A stretch of 64,000 nt of DNA. Origin: Marsupella aquatica (lineage: Eukaryota; Plantae; Marchantiophyta). Numbering within the stretch: the stretch's first letter is position 1; each line of letters begins with the position of its first letter. The position numbers and the translations under genes are program-made. Location of the stretch: positions 5,459,241 to 5,523,240 of the forward strand of contig OZ316899.1 of assembly GCA_973895155.1 (NCBI GenBank), read 5' to 3'. This document shows, piece by piece, positions 52,206 through 63,505 of the stretch. Below the pieces are notes generated by a model. That model did not search any database. It saw only the letters and a list, made by a program, of their open reading frames with translations, and was not told the origin of the DNA.

Positions 52206-53011
52206 ATGATGACAATGTTAGCGCGTGCCTTTCACCTATGTGCCACTCTGCATTTTTCTGATGAGGAAGATGTTGAGGGGGATAATGTGGAGCCTGGTGA
52301 TATGGATAGTGACCATGAGGAGTACCATGATGCATATGATGGAGAGTTTGATGAGGACAATGGAGATGAGGGGGATGCACCCATTCTCGAAGAGGATGAT
52401 TTTGCCCACCTTGTGGATGTTCACTTTGGACCACATGCACCTGAGGGCGAGAGGCCTATCATGGAAGTAGACCAGGAAGATTGGACCAATTGGAAATGGA
52501 AGCCAGAAGTCCACTCTTCCTGGATTCTCCATCATCACGGTAAGTTCTCATGATTGAATAGTATGTATATAGTTTAGGGTATGCCCCAGCCCAACTAGCT
52601 AGTGAATGTGTCAACCATTACTTACCACACCCAATGTCATACCTCAAACTAATTGCGTACAATTCCCTGGTTTCACAAATGCAGGTTGGGTGCCACTTTG
52701 TTGATGTTGAATTTGCAGGGAGTTTTTAACACTTCAGGCGTCCATACAGATGCACTATTCCAGCTATTCCACAAAAAACTCTTGCCCCAACCAAACACTC
52801 TCCTTGGGTGTGTGAGGGAGGCTAAGAAGTTGTTAACCTCCATTGGATTGGCTTTAGAGACTATCCACATGTGTCCAAATGGTTGCATCCTGTACAGAGG
52901 GACATACTTTGAGCATACAGAGTGCCCAGAGGCACAGTGTAAGCTTCCACAGTACCGGCCCGATACCATCGGCAAAAAAATTCCAGAGAAGGTGATGTCC
53001 TCCTCCTGTTG
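52206..53011 (+). pseudogene. CACTA/EnSpm-like (Tnp2/TnpD) transposase N-terminal fragment
   Basis: Acidic region then LLPQPNTL..EAKKLL..IGL..ETIHMCPNGCILYRG...ECP..C..PQYR, matching the CACTA IHACPNDCILY motif. Confidence 0.72.
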
Positions 53012-54115
53012 GCATTGCAAGACATTTGCTACAAAACTAATGTAGGACAAGTCCATAGAGTTATGTTTGACAGAACGTTGTTTCAATTATTCAAACATAG
53101 TTTTGTCCATCTTCCTCGTCATTTCCAACGTACGCACACATACATCGTTTCTACAGATGTAACTTACGTTTTTGACTGACCCGTAAGTTTTTTACGTCGT
53201 CTAGCACATGGTTACCATATATATACGTTGTATATTACAATGTAAAATGAAGCAGGCAACGTTACTAACATCAATAAGAAACTTTACGTTGTATGGTATA
53301 TTGTATGAATGAATTAACGTCATGAGAGACAAGGTAAAATTTTATTTCCTTGGAATGGTAACCATTATTTTTATAAAAAGAACAGTTCCCCCGTGAAAAG
53401 CCCCACGGGGGGTATGATAGCCATGACAGAAAACAGAAAACCTGTTACCAGGGGTTTATTTTCTGTTAACAGGGAAATTGTACCTATTACCAGTAAGCTT
53501 GTCCCTGTTACCAGTTTTGCCTGAACCATAACGTGCATATCCACCACTCTAAGGTGCATATCCACCACTCTAATGGCATAATTTTTCGGGGGGCAATAAA
53601 GTTTAAAACAAACAATTATTTTGTGCCATCCGATGGATGAAGTGTACTATCAATCCTCCATTGACACAACAATTTATTGTAGAAGATAAAAAACATGGTA
53701 TTAGGAGTGTGCCTAAAGAAACATTCATGCAAATCAATCTATTTTCATCGCCAAATAGTGACCCTTAGAGTGGGACCCACCATAGCACATGTCAATCGTG
53801 GAGTCCAAATCAACCCAATCTAAAGGAGTTGATTAAATGGACCTTGTAACGTCACAAACAAATGACAAATCACATCCTTGAGGCTTTGAAGACAGTAGAC
53901 AATTTAATCAACTTACACATTTTAAATAAAACAAGAGGTCATTCTTCCACAATGCACGTACATAATGAAGCAATGAATATCCAGTTTCCTAGAACCAGCG
54001 CCCGGCGCTAACCAACAAAGTCTCAATAAAACAACTAAAATATCCGTTGGAAAAAGACAAAATAGGGAATAACCGTTATATTGAACGATGACCTATTGGG
54101 CAGTTTCGATCTCTC

Positions 54116-57100
54116 TCATAAGCCATTCAAGTTCTGCCTCTCCAGCACAAGCCTGACTTCGCCTAAAGTCAAAATAGGTTGGCTACAAAGAGTCGACTCC
54201 TCAATCTCAAGTTTGAAAACATTTATGTACACCCAGTATAGATGTTTGCAAGGCATGTACGACTTGCCACACGAATGTCGGAGGAAGAAGTCTTCACAAG
54301 AGCAAGCGGGGAAGATACAGATTTGGACGAAGTATGTGCTTGGTGATCGATGGTTCTCATGGGTTCGAATTCGAAATTGCTTTCCAAAAGCATTTCCGGT
54401 CTGAACATTCCATTCCCCATCCAAACTCATCACTTCTTGTCGTGCAGACTCCATTCGCTTCGTGTGACCCACAGTGAGATTAGACCGAGGCCTTGAGTTC
54501 CTCCCATTCCGACTACCAAGTCGGAGATTCGGCTCCAAAAACCTTATTGTTTCTGGGAACACGTTAACATTTATCCTGAGGTCAAAAGCAGATGGCACAG
54601 ATCGACTCAATCCTGTTGTTCGCGCTAAGACAAGTCCTTGCTCTTCCAGGAATGTAATTTCAGAAGGAGACAGGCTCGTACCCTTCAGAACAGGCAAAAT
54701 GTCAGGAAAAGGAGGAAGCTTCTGAACACCACGACGCGGATGACTCTTGTAACACGCTTGGTTCGGGCAAAACCAAATCATTTCGGAGATGGGTTCGCCC
54801 CTGAAGAGACGATGGCCCTTCACGACAATTCCGACAACACCTTCAGACGAATGGAAGCCAACCTTCTTGATACGATTTCGACACTCATCGCGATCCGAAC
54901 TCCCATTCAGTGTACCATTGCATTGCGGACCTGCTCCATACTTCGATGTCCGTCGCAACTGCCACTGCCCCGGAGGGACATCCTTCTCTAGCACAATCGT
55001 GCGTGGAAGTTGATTCTGAAGTGCTGCTGGGGCATTGAGCGGAGGTTTTGAGGATCTTGTTGTTCGGGTTGTTTGAGGAGTATAGTCCAGTGAATCAGTA
55101 TCACTCTCTGATGTGACCATACCTGAGAGATTCACCGCCTTTGTGACAGGATGATCAGAACTTGAGGGAATAGAAGAAAAGTCAGTTCTGTTCAGGTTCT
55201 TCCTTTTCAAACCACGAGTATTTGGTGTGGTTATTAGAACGGTGTCATGCCGATGGGAATCTTGTGGAGAGACAGTCCCAGTTGCATGTCCCTTCCTCTT
55301 CATTGACTTCGTCATTATATCTCCATTCAGGGGAGTACTTCTTTCCAAATCGAATTCTGCTGCGTTAGATAGAAGCATATTAGTCACTTCTTCAAACAAT
55401 CTTGGCAAACCTGCTTGATCGGCGGAACGGAACGCCAATTCCCATATAGTTGGCCCCTTCCCCCGGTTCAAGCCTTTACGGTATGCACTGTATCCGGCAA
55501 CTTGAGACAGAGCACGGTTTTGATCAACTTTGCAAGCTTCATAAAGACCGACCTTTTTCTTTGTAGCCGAGGCTTTCATGGACGCATGCCTTGATTCTGA
55601 CCCTGTACAGTTGGGGATCAAGGCACCTTCCTCAGCGCTTTTGCTCTGCCATACGAAAATGTCAACCGTAAGTAGTATTCTATTACCAGCGCCCGGCGCT
55701 GGCAACATAAATATGTAGAACAGGCCTGAAATACAATTTCAATGTTTAATACTGAATTCTAACTACATATTGGCTTCAATTTCTTGTACTACTTGTTTTG
55801 ACGTGTATGGAGAAAATAACCAGCGCCTGGCGCTAATATGAAGTTGATGAACATTACAGTCTAGATAGATGGATGCCTTACCACTCGAATAAAATTGCCC
55901 CACTGGCGCCAACGAACAACCCACCAAGATATCCAGCTTTGCAGCATCTTCAGCTTTCCGGGGACACAGTTTCCTGATTGCCACCACACAACAATCTCTC
56001 GGGACACCCGGTATGCTGCCACAAATGATGGAGCATTTCTCAGCTTCTCCCAAAGTCTCCGATGCTCCGATTGACATTCTTCCAGTACTCCTTCCTTGGA
56101 ATGACGATGAAAAGATTGATAAAAGTGAAATGCATTAGAGCGCTCCCTCTCCGGGTCCGGGTGTCCACCAAAAAAAACATTTCGCATTGCATTCCATCCA
56201 ACTTGTGCATTGTCGGCCATAAATCCTTGGATGACAACCTCCTGAAGTTCATTTTCTTTGCAAACCTCAATCATCACTCTCCATGCCTTTTCAAAAGACT
56301 CAGTGTCTTCACCTTTCAACTCGCATGTGAAAATTGTACACAGTGCACGGAAATTGTGGTCGTAGACGTGTGCGCTGAAAGTAAACCAATCCGTGGTGAC
56401 ACGCTGCATCACATCGAAACTTACCCAGGCTCCTTCGAGTCTTCCACCCAGTTGCATTTGCCTCAAAAGATCCACACCGGAACCGTGACCTTTCACGGTC
56501 ATTTTAAAGATGTGAGGCCTATCGTTCTGACATCCCTGACCTGGAAGCAAATACCTCTGGAGAAACGACACATGAATCCTCCTCTGCATTTGCGAGAGAA
56601 AATCTAATTCACCCTGACCTTTTTGGTCTATCCTAACGCTCCGACAAAGAGATGCAAACTTCTACGGAGTGGAAAGGACCATCAGAGACTTCCATATTTC
56701 AGTTTCTTCGATATCGACCATGTCGTCAACATGTTCGCAGAGAGATTTCACTAAGGACCCTGTAGCAGAATTCAAGATCCCTGCCGGTTTTGACAGAGGA
56801 TTGGCTTCATGTTTTTTTTTAATTAGATCCTCAGCTATCTTCTCCGCACTCCTACATAAGGTTTTTCTACCTGGATGGTTGTGCTCACCTATATGAATTG
56901 CTAGGCGGGACATATGACCACATGTTTCCGCATCAAGTAATACTTGGGGGTACATGTAAAACAAACGGGCAGGGCAGTACTTCACACAAAAAGGAATCTG
57001 TTCGCAGTAATGACAAACAACACCTCCCTCTTCGATGAAAGATCCCACAGCATACTGACCACTGAGCTTTGGAGTACCCTGCCATGCCTTAGCATTTGCC

Positions 57101-57867
57101 TTCTTCTTCCTTTGGAAATAGTCGCAGGACTTGTTCCTGCATTCAATGAATCCCGTACAGGTAACCTTCCCAAACTGCCAAAGGTTTTTAGGATGAACAG
57201 TTGCATTTGTTGGAAATATGCGTGTCCAAATGTAACAATCTTTGGCACGATCCATGTCCCTAAGCCTAGAGCCTTTAGAGAGCATCTTATCAATGGGCGG
57301 CAACTCAAACACGACGTTACCATTGTACTTAGTTGGCAGACAGGACACTTGTTCATGCCTGAAATCACCCGCTGATATGAACCGTGACAACTCACTATGA
57401 CCAGTTGATTTGAGTAACGTATCCATCGCACTGTGCCGGTACACGACCTCCAACTGCTTAGAGCTTCCCGGAGTCTCAGCTTTCACGACAGCAGGGAGCG
57501 GGCTTTTCTTCTTCGACGGTGGACTTAGAGTACGATCTCCATCCTCACTTGAAGAAATCTCAACCACATCACATGGAACCGACGGGAAACTGGACAGTCC
57601 TACATGCTGTCTTAAACGAACCGAGTACAAGATCCCTACGTAGAGATGCCAAAACCGTTCACCGTCATCGACATTGAACGTTGCAGCATCCTCGATATCA
57701 TCAATGGATTCGAGCTCTCGAACAATGGCCTCAATGTCATTCATCTTCAAATCAAATCTCCCGCAGAGATACCTCTCCCGGACCTGCTTGTACGTATCTT
57801 CCATGGGGACGGGGATAGTCACAATATCTTCAGAACCGAATCAAGAAAGAACGATAGACCGAGACAT
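54116..57867 (-). pseudogene. MULE transposase (GCM-like, DDE, SWIM), intron 55646-55881, three in-frame stops
   Basis: KVTCTGFIECRNKSC...CHYC...GEHNHP; SFDVMQ; FMADNAQ; NAFHF; GSESRH; CSCEDF...PCKH. Confidence 0.9.
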
Positions 57868-58795
57868 GGTGAACAAAAACAAAAACCGAGGGCTATAGCG
57901 TTTGAAAGAAGAAAAGTTCATGGTATTGTTCAGCTTATATCTGTCGAACCTGGGAATTTGACGTTAACCGATCCGTTTGTATACGACATAAAACATTGAC
58001 GATGGAGGATCCGTTGGCACCATAAATGATTTTTGTCGTTTTTTCCCCGAGAAGTCCGGATGTCAGACACGAACATATTGCTAAAAAGATCACCAACCTT
58101 ACTTAAACAGACCATAAGATATGACAAGGTATTGTCAAATTTTAGTAGCGCCTGGCGCTAACTAAAATACGCCACTAAAAATGTGTCTGAAATCTCGACA
58201 TTCCAAACTAGCATCCGGCGCTAGTATAGAATAAATTCCCTGAAAATGAACATTATGACCACATACCAGGTGGTAATTGGGAATAAATGGTGCCTTCAAA
58301 GGATGGTTTTGATGGATTATGGATGATAAATGAACATTTATACTAGCGCCGGGCGCTAGTATTACATTTGAGAAATATTTCTCCGTAAACGATGTACTGA
58401 AGGATACTTTAATAAAATATGGGGGTGGAAAGGCCGAAATTTATGTCATAGCTCCTTCAAAAAAGACCTCTAAATTTCTTCCAGTTTATACTAGCGCCGG
58501 GCGCTATTATAAGCATACTCTAAATTGTTCACCTTGATGGTCATCATTAATGCTAGCGCCCGGCGCTAGTATTGATATGATGTTAGGAAATGTCTTTAAC
58601 GGTAACATTCAACGGTAACTTATGACTTCCGTGTGTGTTACGCATCTTCTACCGTTTGATTTTGGTAATTAAACCTTCCGTATACAGACGTTGGAAACCG
58701 CCAAACATCAGAGCTAATGGCTTTCCTCTAGGTTATGTCATCCTCCCGCTAGAATATATTACACGTTCAGAGATGATTATAGTTCCATAATTTCA

Positions 58796-61700
58796 TTGTA
58801 CGATAGTTTGTACGCTTCTAGAAGGAAGATGATGGAGGTATTCCCCTCTTCTTCCAGAGGGTATAGTGCGGTTCCTGACCAGGAGCGAGCTTATTCTGAA
58901 TCTTCGCAGTCTTCGTTTACTGGTTCAGTCTATACACGTCGTGTAACTCGTTCCTCAAAGTTGTTGCTGCTCACTTCTGTCAGCGGTGTTTTGGGTCCAA
59001 ATCCTTTGCGAAGAAAGATGGACAACGTAGACACAATTGCGATCCAGGATGTTGCGGATTGCGCGCTTGCTGAGACTGATCTCATTTCAAAACATGTCAT
59101 GTCTTTTGGAAAGGATTCTGGTGGATTTGACAAGGAGCCGCCTCAAATCCCTCTGTGTCGATTGGTTCACATGGAGGTGGTTCGTACTCTACAGAAAGAC
59201 AGCTCTTCCATCGAGAAGCTGAAAGACTCTTTTCGTAGTATGGGTTACAACTCTTCGATAGGGATGCATTTCTATGTGCAGCCAACGGATGAGAACGGAA
59301 TTGTTCTGACCTGTACCCAGGACATTCGTGATTCATGGGATCCAATATGGCAATTGGAGAACGAGAAGTTTGAGGCTGAATGCGAGGTTGACCCGGATTT
59401 TCTCGTCTTGAAGGATAAGATGTTCTCTGTATTCGATGGAAATCACAGGCTGTACTCCTGGACGCTTGTAACAGAGGAGAACCCGGACAATCCAAAATAT
59501 CATCCTCGTGTGCTCTGTACAATATTTAAAGGAGACAAGGGATCTCTCATTGAAATTGAGGCAGCTATGCACACCGTGAATCAGTAAGTTCTCATGATTT
59601 CCAGTTCTTTCCTTAAATCTTGCGAGTGCTGTATTTACTAGCGCTCGGCGCTGCTTATACATGAATTGTTTTTCATTGACTCTTACTCTCAATGTTTGTT
59701 CGTGTAAGCTTGGCCAAGCAGTTGTAGAGCCTTCCTGGATCCTGGATGCGGACAAAATCAAACGAATTCTGGCGCATGACCTTGAGTATTACAGTAAACT
59801 GATTGACCCAGGTAATTTCAAGAAGTTTGAAAGCATTCGGCTGAAAACTCGGAAGGGGTCATGGTATACAAAGAAGATGCCACAAGAAGCACTTGTTTAC
59901 ATTCTTTGTGAGAATAAGATAAAGTCATACTCGCATCAATTCAAACTCGACATGGAGGCAGCGGAGGCTCAAGGGAGTCCATGGTCGGCGGACGAGATTT
60001 CAAAACGGCATGCGGCCATGATGAAAGACGCAACCAAAGATTGGGCAGTGAAGTCTTCAAAAATTACGCCCTTATTAAGTCCTGAATTTGAAGATTTCCT
60101 TAGTACATGTGCAAAAATGTATGCTGTCATAGAGAGAAACAAGAGAGAGAAGAAGCCTGACACCGTTGTATGTACGATGGACCGCGCACGATTGTTCACC
60201 GTTGTTTCTGCTCTAGACCCAAAGTTACGAAGCACTTTACTTGTGGCACATTGCAATCCTGAGCTGCGGAGACAGTTTTTTCACCCAGCAAGTGTTAATG
60301 ATGATCCAGTCAAACAGTGGTGCCACACTTGGATCACTTGGAATAGTGTGGAGGGAATTGCTGCTGGCATGTTACATTCATGTCTACGTGAAGTTGAGCA
60401 AACCATGCACGTGAATAGATTGGAAGAGTGGAATTGTAGTTCGTTTGATGATCTAGTTCAGTTTGTTACAAATGAATTCAAGAGATTTGGTGATTCCGTG
60501 AAGAATAAGTTCTTTCACACTATGTGGCCTTCAAAGTACCCTGACAAAGAAGATTACACCCAGAGAAACCAGAAGCGAGCGAAGAGGTTTGTGTATAGGT
60601 TCTACATGCACATGGAGGTAACCAAACCTGATTACTTCTGGGCATATCCTGCAGCTTTTATGAAGTGGATTTCAATAAGTGAAGATGATGCCTTGGCTGA
60701 TTTGTACTCTATGTACCCCACGGAGGGCATATTTCCTCCGAGACCAATGATAGAATGGGAGAGAACTCACTGCCCCTGGTATCTAGATACAGATAGATGG
60801 GATTCTCCTTTTGATCAAAGGGAAAATGATGCCTTCCATAAGCTTTCAAAGTCTCAGATGCCAGCAAAACTTGTGTCCGACATGAAGCAGGGTCTACTTG
60901 ACGATGTAGACAAGTCTGCCACAAACTTGCAAACTATCTGTGAAACAACAGCAGCACCGAGCAAGTCTACTAAATCTGGAAAGAAGAGTAAGTATTGCTA
61001 TCCATGATTTTGCCAGCGCCAGGCGCTGGCAAAAAATATTATGTTGAGGGTATTCTCTTTCTTGGTTATTAGGCTTCGGTTGCGACTTAAGTGAATTGCA
61101 TTTGGTTAGCGCCAGGCGCTAGCTTCTTTCAATACTTTAAAAGTACTTATTCTAACTACGACCTGGTTATATTTTAGGAGGGAGGAAGTCTAATACGGTG
61201 GGAACGGGAGATACAAAAAAGGATGCTACACCTGAAGTTTCCGAGGCAAACACGGGAGCTCGATCGGACCCCATTACTCCAGTCGACAAAGGGAAGGTTA
61301 TAGTTCCTATCGACGCCGCGAGTACCAGGAAGAAACGAAAGAGAGCTGTCGAAGGTGGGCAATCTTTAAGGGAGAGTGTTATAGCTTCTGGTTTCCAACG
61401 TGAAGTTGGAAACTTCAAAACAACTGTGTCTCGCCATTGCATGGTTGAGACAAGCCTTTCTGAATTTTTTGACTCGACGTTCAACAAGGAGGAGAAGCCC
61501 GAGTGGGTTAGTGATGTGGAGAAATGGGGAAAAGACCTCGTTAAGTTGGGATTTAAAGAGAAGGGAGTTGTTCGGGGGGGAAAAGTAAGATCGTTTGGAG
61601 TGGATGCCGGCTTCATTTACCTACCGACCGGGTTCAAACCATCTATCATTGATAAGAAGGTTCCTAAATGGAACATTCCAGATCACTCAATGGCTAGATC

Positions 61701-62868
61701 TTTTGTCAAATCCATGGATCCATTTTTATCAGATGATGGGTTCCTTGTAATTCTACACAATGGGGAGTACGATCCCATGTCGCAAGTCATTGCTGCATGT
61801 CAGGAGTCAAGGAAATTTCAGTGTATATGCTCGCATAATGTTGTGATGTCTGACCCGATGTATGCGGCAAAGACAGACCGAGAGATGTTTACCCTCAGGC
61901 TCAACATATTTGGCCGAATTAATGGGAAATGTAAAATTCCCAAAGACCCCAAATTTTGGCCGCTGTCCATCAGTGAGGACCCTTTGGTTACCAATTTGAT
62001 CGGACTCTCTTCGCTCAAATCAGATCCATTCCCGCAAATGGAGTTTGCTGGAAATGCTCGTCTGTCTGTGGGTTTTATGCAATCTGTTATAGAGCTTGTC
62101 ACACGGCCTCGTGATATTTTTATGGATTGGACTGCTGGGGCTGGAAGCTCTTACATTGCTGGCGACTTCTCTGGACGATTTGTACTCGGGATAGAACACC
62201 GGAAAGAATTTATTGAAACCGCTTCAAAGGTTTTCATGGATTTGTTGTCTCCCAAAGAGATTGCAGTGTTACCTCCACCTGTTCCTACTGCCGACAGAAA
62301 AAAGAGAGATAAGCTTCGGTCGGTTCTCAATTTTGATTCTGATGATGAATCGAGTGAAGGTGGAGAGGAACAAGGTACAAGAAACTCCGAGGAGGAAAAG
62401 GGAGAGCGTCGTGCAACTGCAGATGAAACCGATAGTGATGACTCTTCCGAGTAATGTTCATAAACTCGTAAGCTTCTTTCTCCATTCCCGTCAATTCATA
62501 ACATTTCTTTTGTTGTTTTGGGGAAAGGCGCCTTACAAAATGGACTTTGTTATATCAGGTCAGAGTGGAATGCAAGGAGACGATTCAAACTGCGGAGGAA
62601 GATCGCGAGACACAACGTAGAAACACCGGAAAAACCGTTTGTTCTTCCCTCCTATGCAGAGAAAGCCGCAAGGAAAGTAGAAAGTGCAAGGACACTTTGC
62701 TGGGAAAACAAAGGTCTTCGGTTACGAAGGGGTGTTGACCGAAAGTTCATTAAACATCCTTATGTTGATGACTTCTCCCGCAGCCAGTACGTAGATGATG
62801 AGGCTGTGTCCACGGACAGATCCTAGAGTACAGATTCTGGTTCCGACTCAGAATCTTCGGAACCGTGA
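58796..62868 (+). CDS. ParB/Srx-like + beta-class DNA amino-methyltransferase-fold protein (MULE-C cargo), near-intact, 4 predicted exons
   Basis: Exons ~58796-59583, 59708-60987, 61178-62450, 62559-62868; IPLCRL..VVR..IEKLKDSF..MGY...VFDGNHRLYSW (59435-59449); VDAGFIYLPT, FLSDDGFLVI, FMQSVIELVTRPRDIFMDWTAGAGSS..GRFVLGIE; first acceptor appears mutated (AG to AA) and a late stop at 62824. Confidence 0.82.
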
Positions 62869-63139
62869 GAAGTAGTGGGTAGTTGAGGCTAAATCTTTTA
62901 GCAGCGCCCGGCACTTGTAACATCTGTATTATTTCCCTCTGCTGAGGGTCCTTTTAAATTGTTGATTTCTCTCTACTTGTTGATTACTTTTGACTTTTGT
63001 TCTTTACAAGCGCCTGGCGCTCGCCAAATGGAATCTCTAAATGGCCATTTAGTCTTTGTCATTTCCTGTCAACGGTCATCGTCATTGGATACCAACTGCC
63101 ATTTGGATTGTGTTCTTTAGTCAGTCGTCGGAAAGCCGT

Positions 63140-63505
63140 TGGGGACCATAGTTTCGGGACGATGATTCCATAGTTTAGGGACCGGGCGGAAGGGACGACT
63201 ATAGTTTCAGTTTAGGTTTGTTCGGGACGACGAGAGTTGGGGACGTCGATAGTTGAGGACGACGATAGTTTCGGGAGGACGATAGAACGGAACGATAGAA
63301 CGGGACGATAGAACGGGAGGGGAGACTTTGTTTCGGGAGGACGATAGAACGTGACGATAGAACGGGATGATAGTTCGTTTGGGAAGACTTTGTTTCGGGA
63401 AGACGATAGAACGGGACGTTAGAGCAGGGCGATAGAACGGGACGATACCTGTTACCAAGGCGAAGATAGTTTCAGGAGGCAATAGAACGAGACGATGATA
63501 GTTTG
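63140..63505. repeat. Degenerate short tandem repeat (GACGATAGAACGG / GACGATAGTTTCGG units)
   Basis: More than 15 copies of GACGATAG core. Confidence 0.8.

Larger units (their letters stand above)
53410..63030. mobile_element. MULE-C: diverged second member of the same Mutator-like family (right end not identified)
   Basis: Left end GGGTATGATAGCCATGACAGAAAACAG; same head-to-head transposase / ParB-MTase layout and palindromes as MULE-B. Confidence 0.85.

Noticed and set aside
36182-57867. Zisupton/KDZ classification (SWIM plus 8-bp TSD)
   Set aside because: Core motifs (FD..., MADNAQ...NxF, xxFH, ES.H) fit the Mutator DDE pattern; KDZ-type YDxxC and GxxDGE motifs not seen.
42699-62868. Bacterial/phage contamination or prophage explaining the ParB-MTase genes
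   Set aside because: Genes have conserved GT-AG introns and lie within TIR/TSD-bounded elements nested in plant-type retrotransposons.
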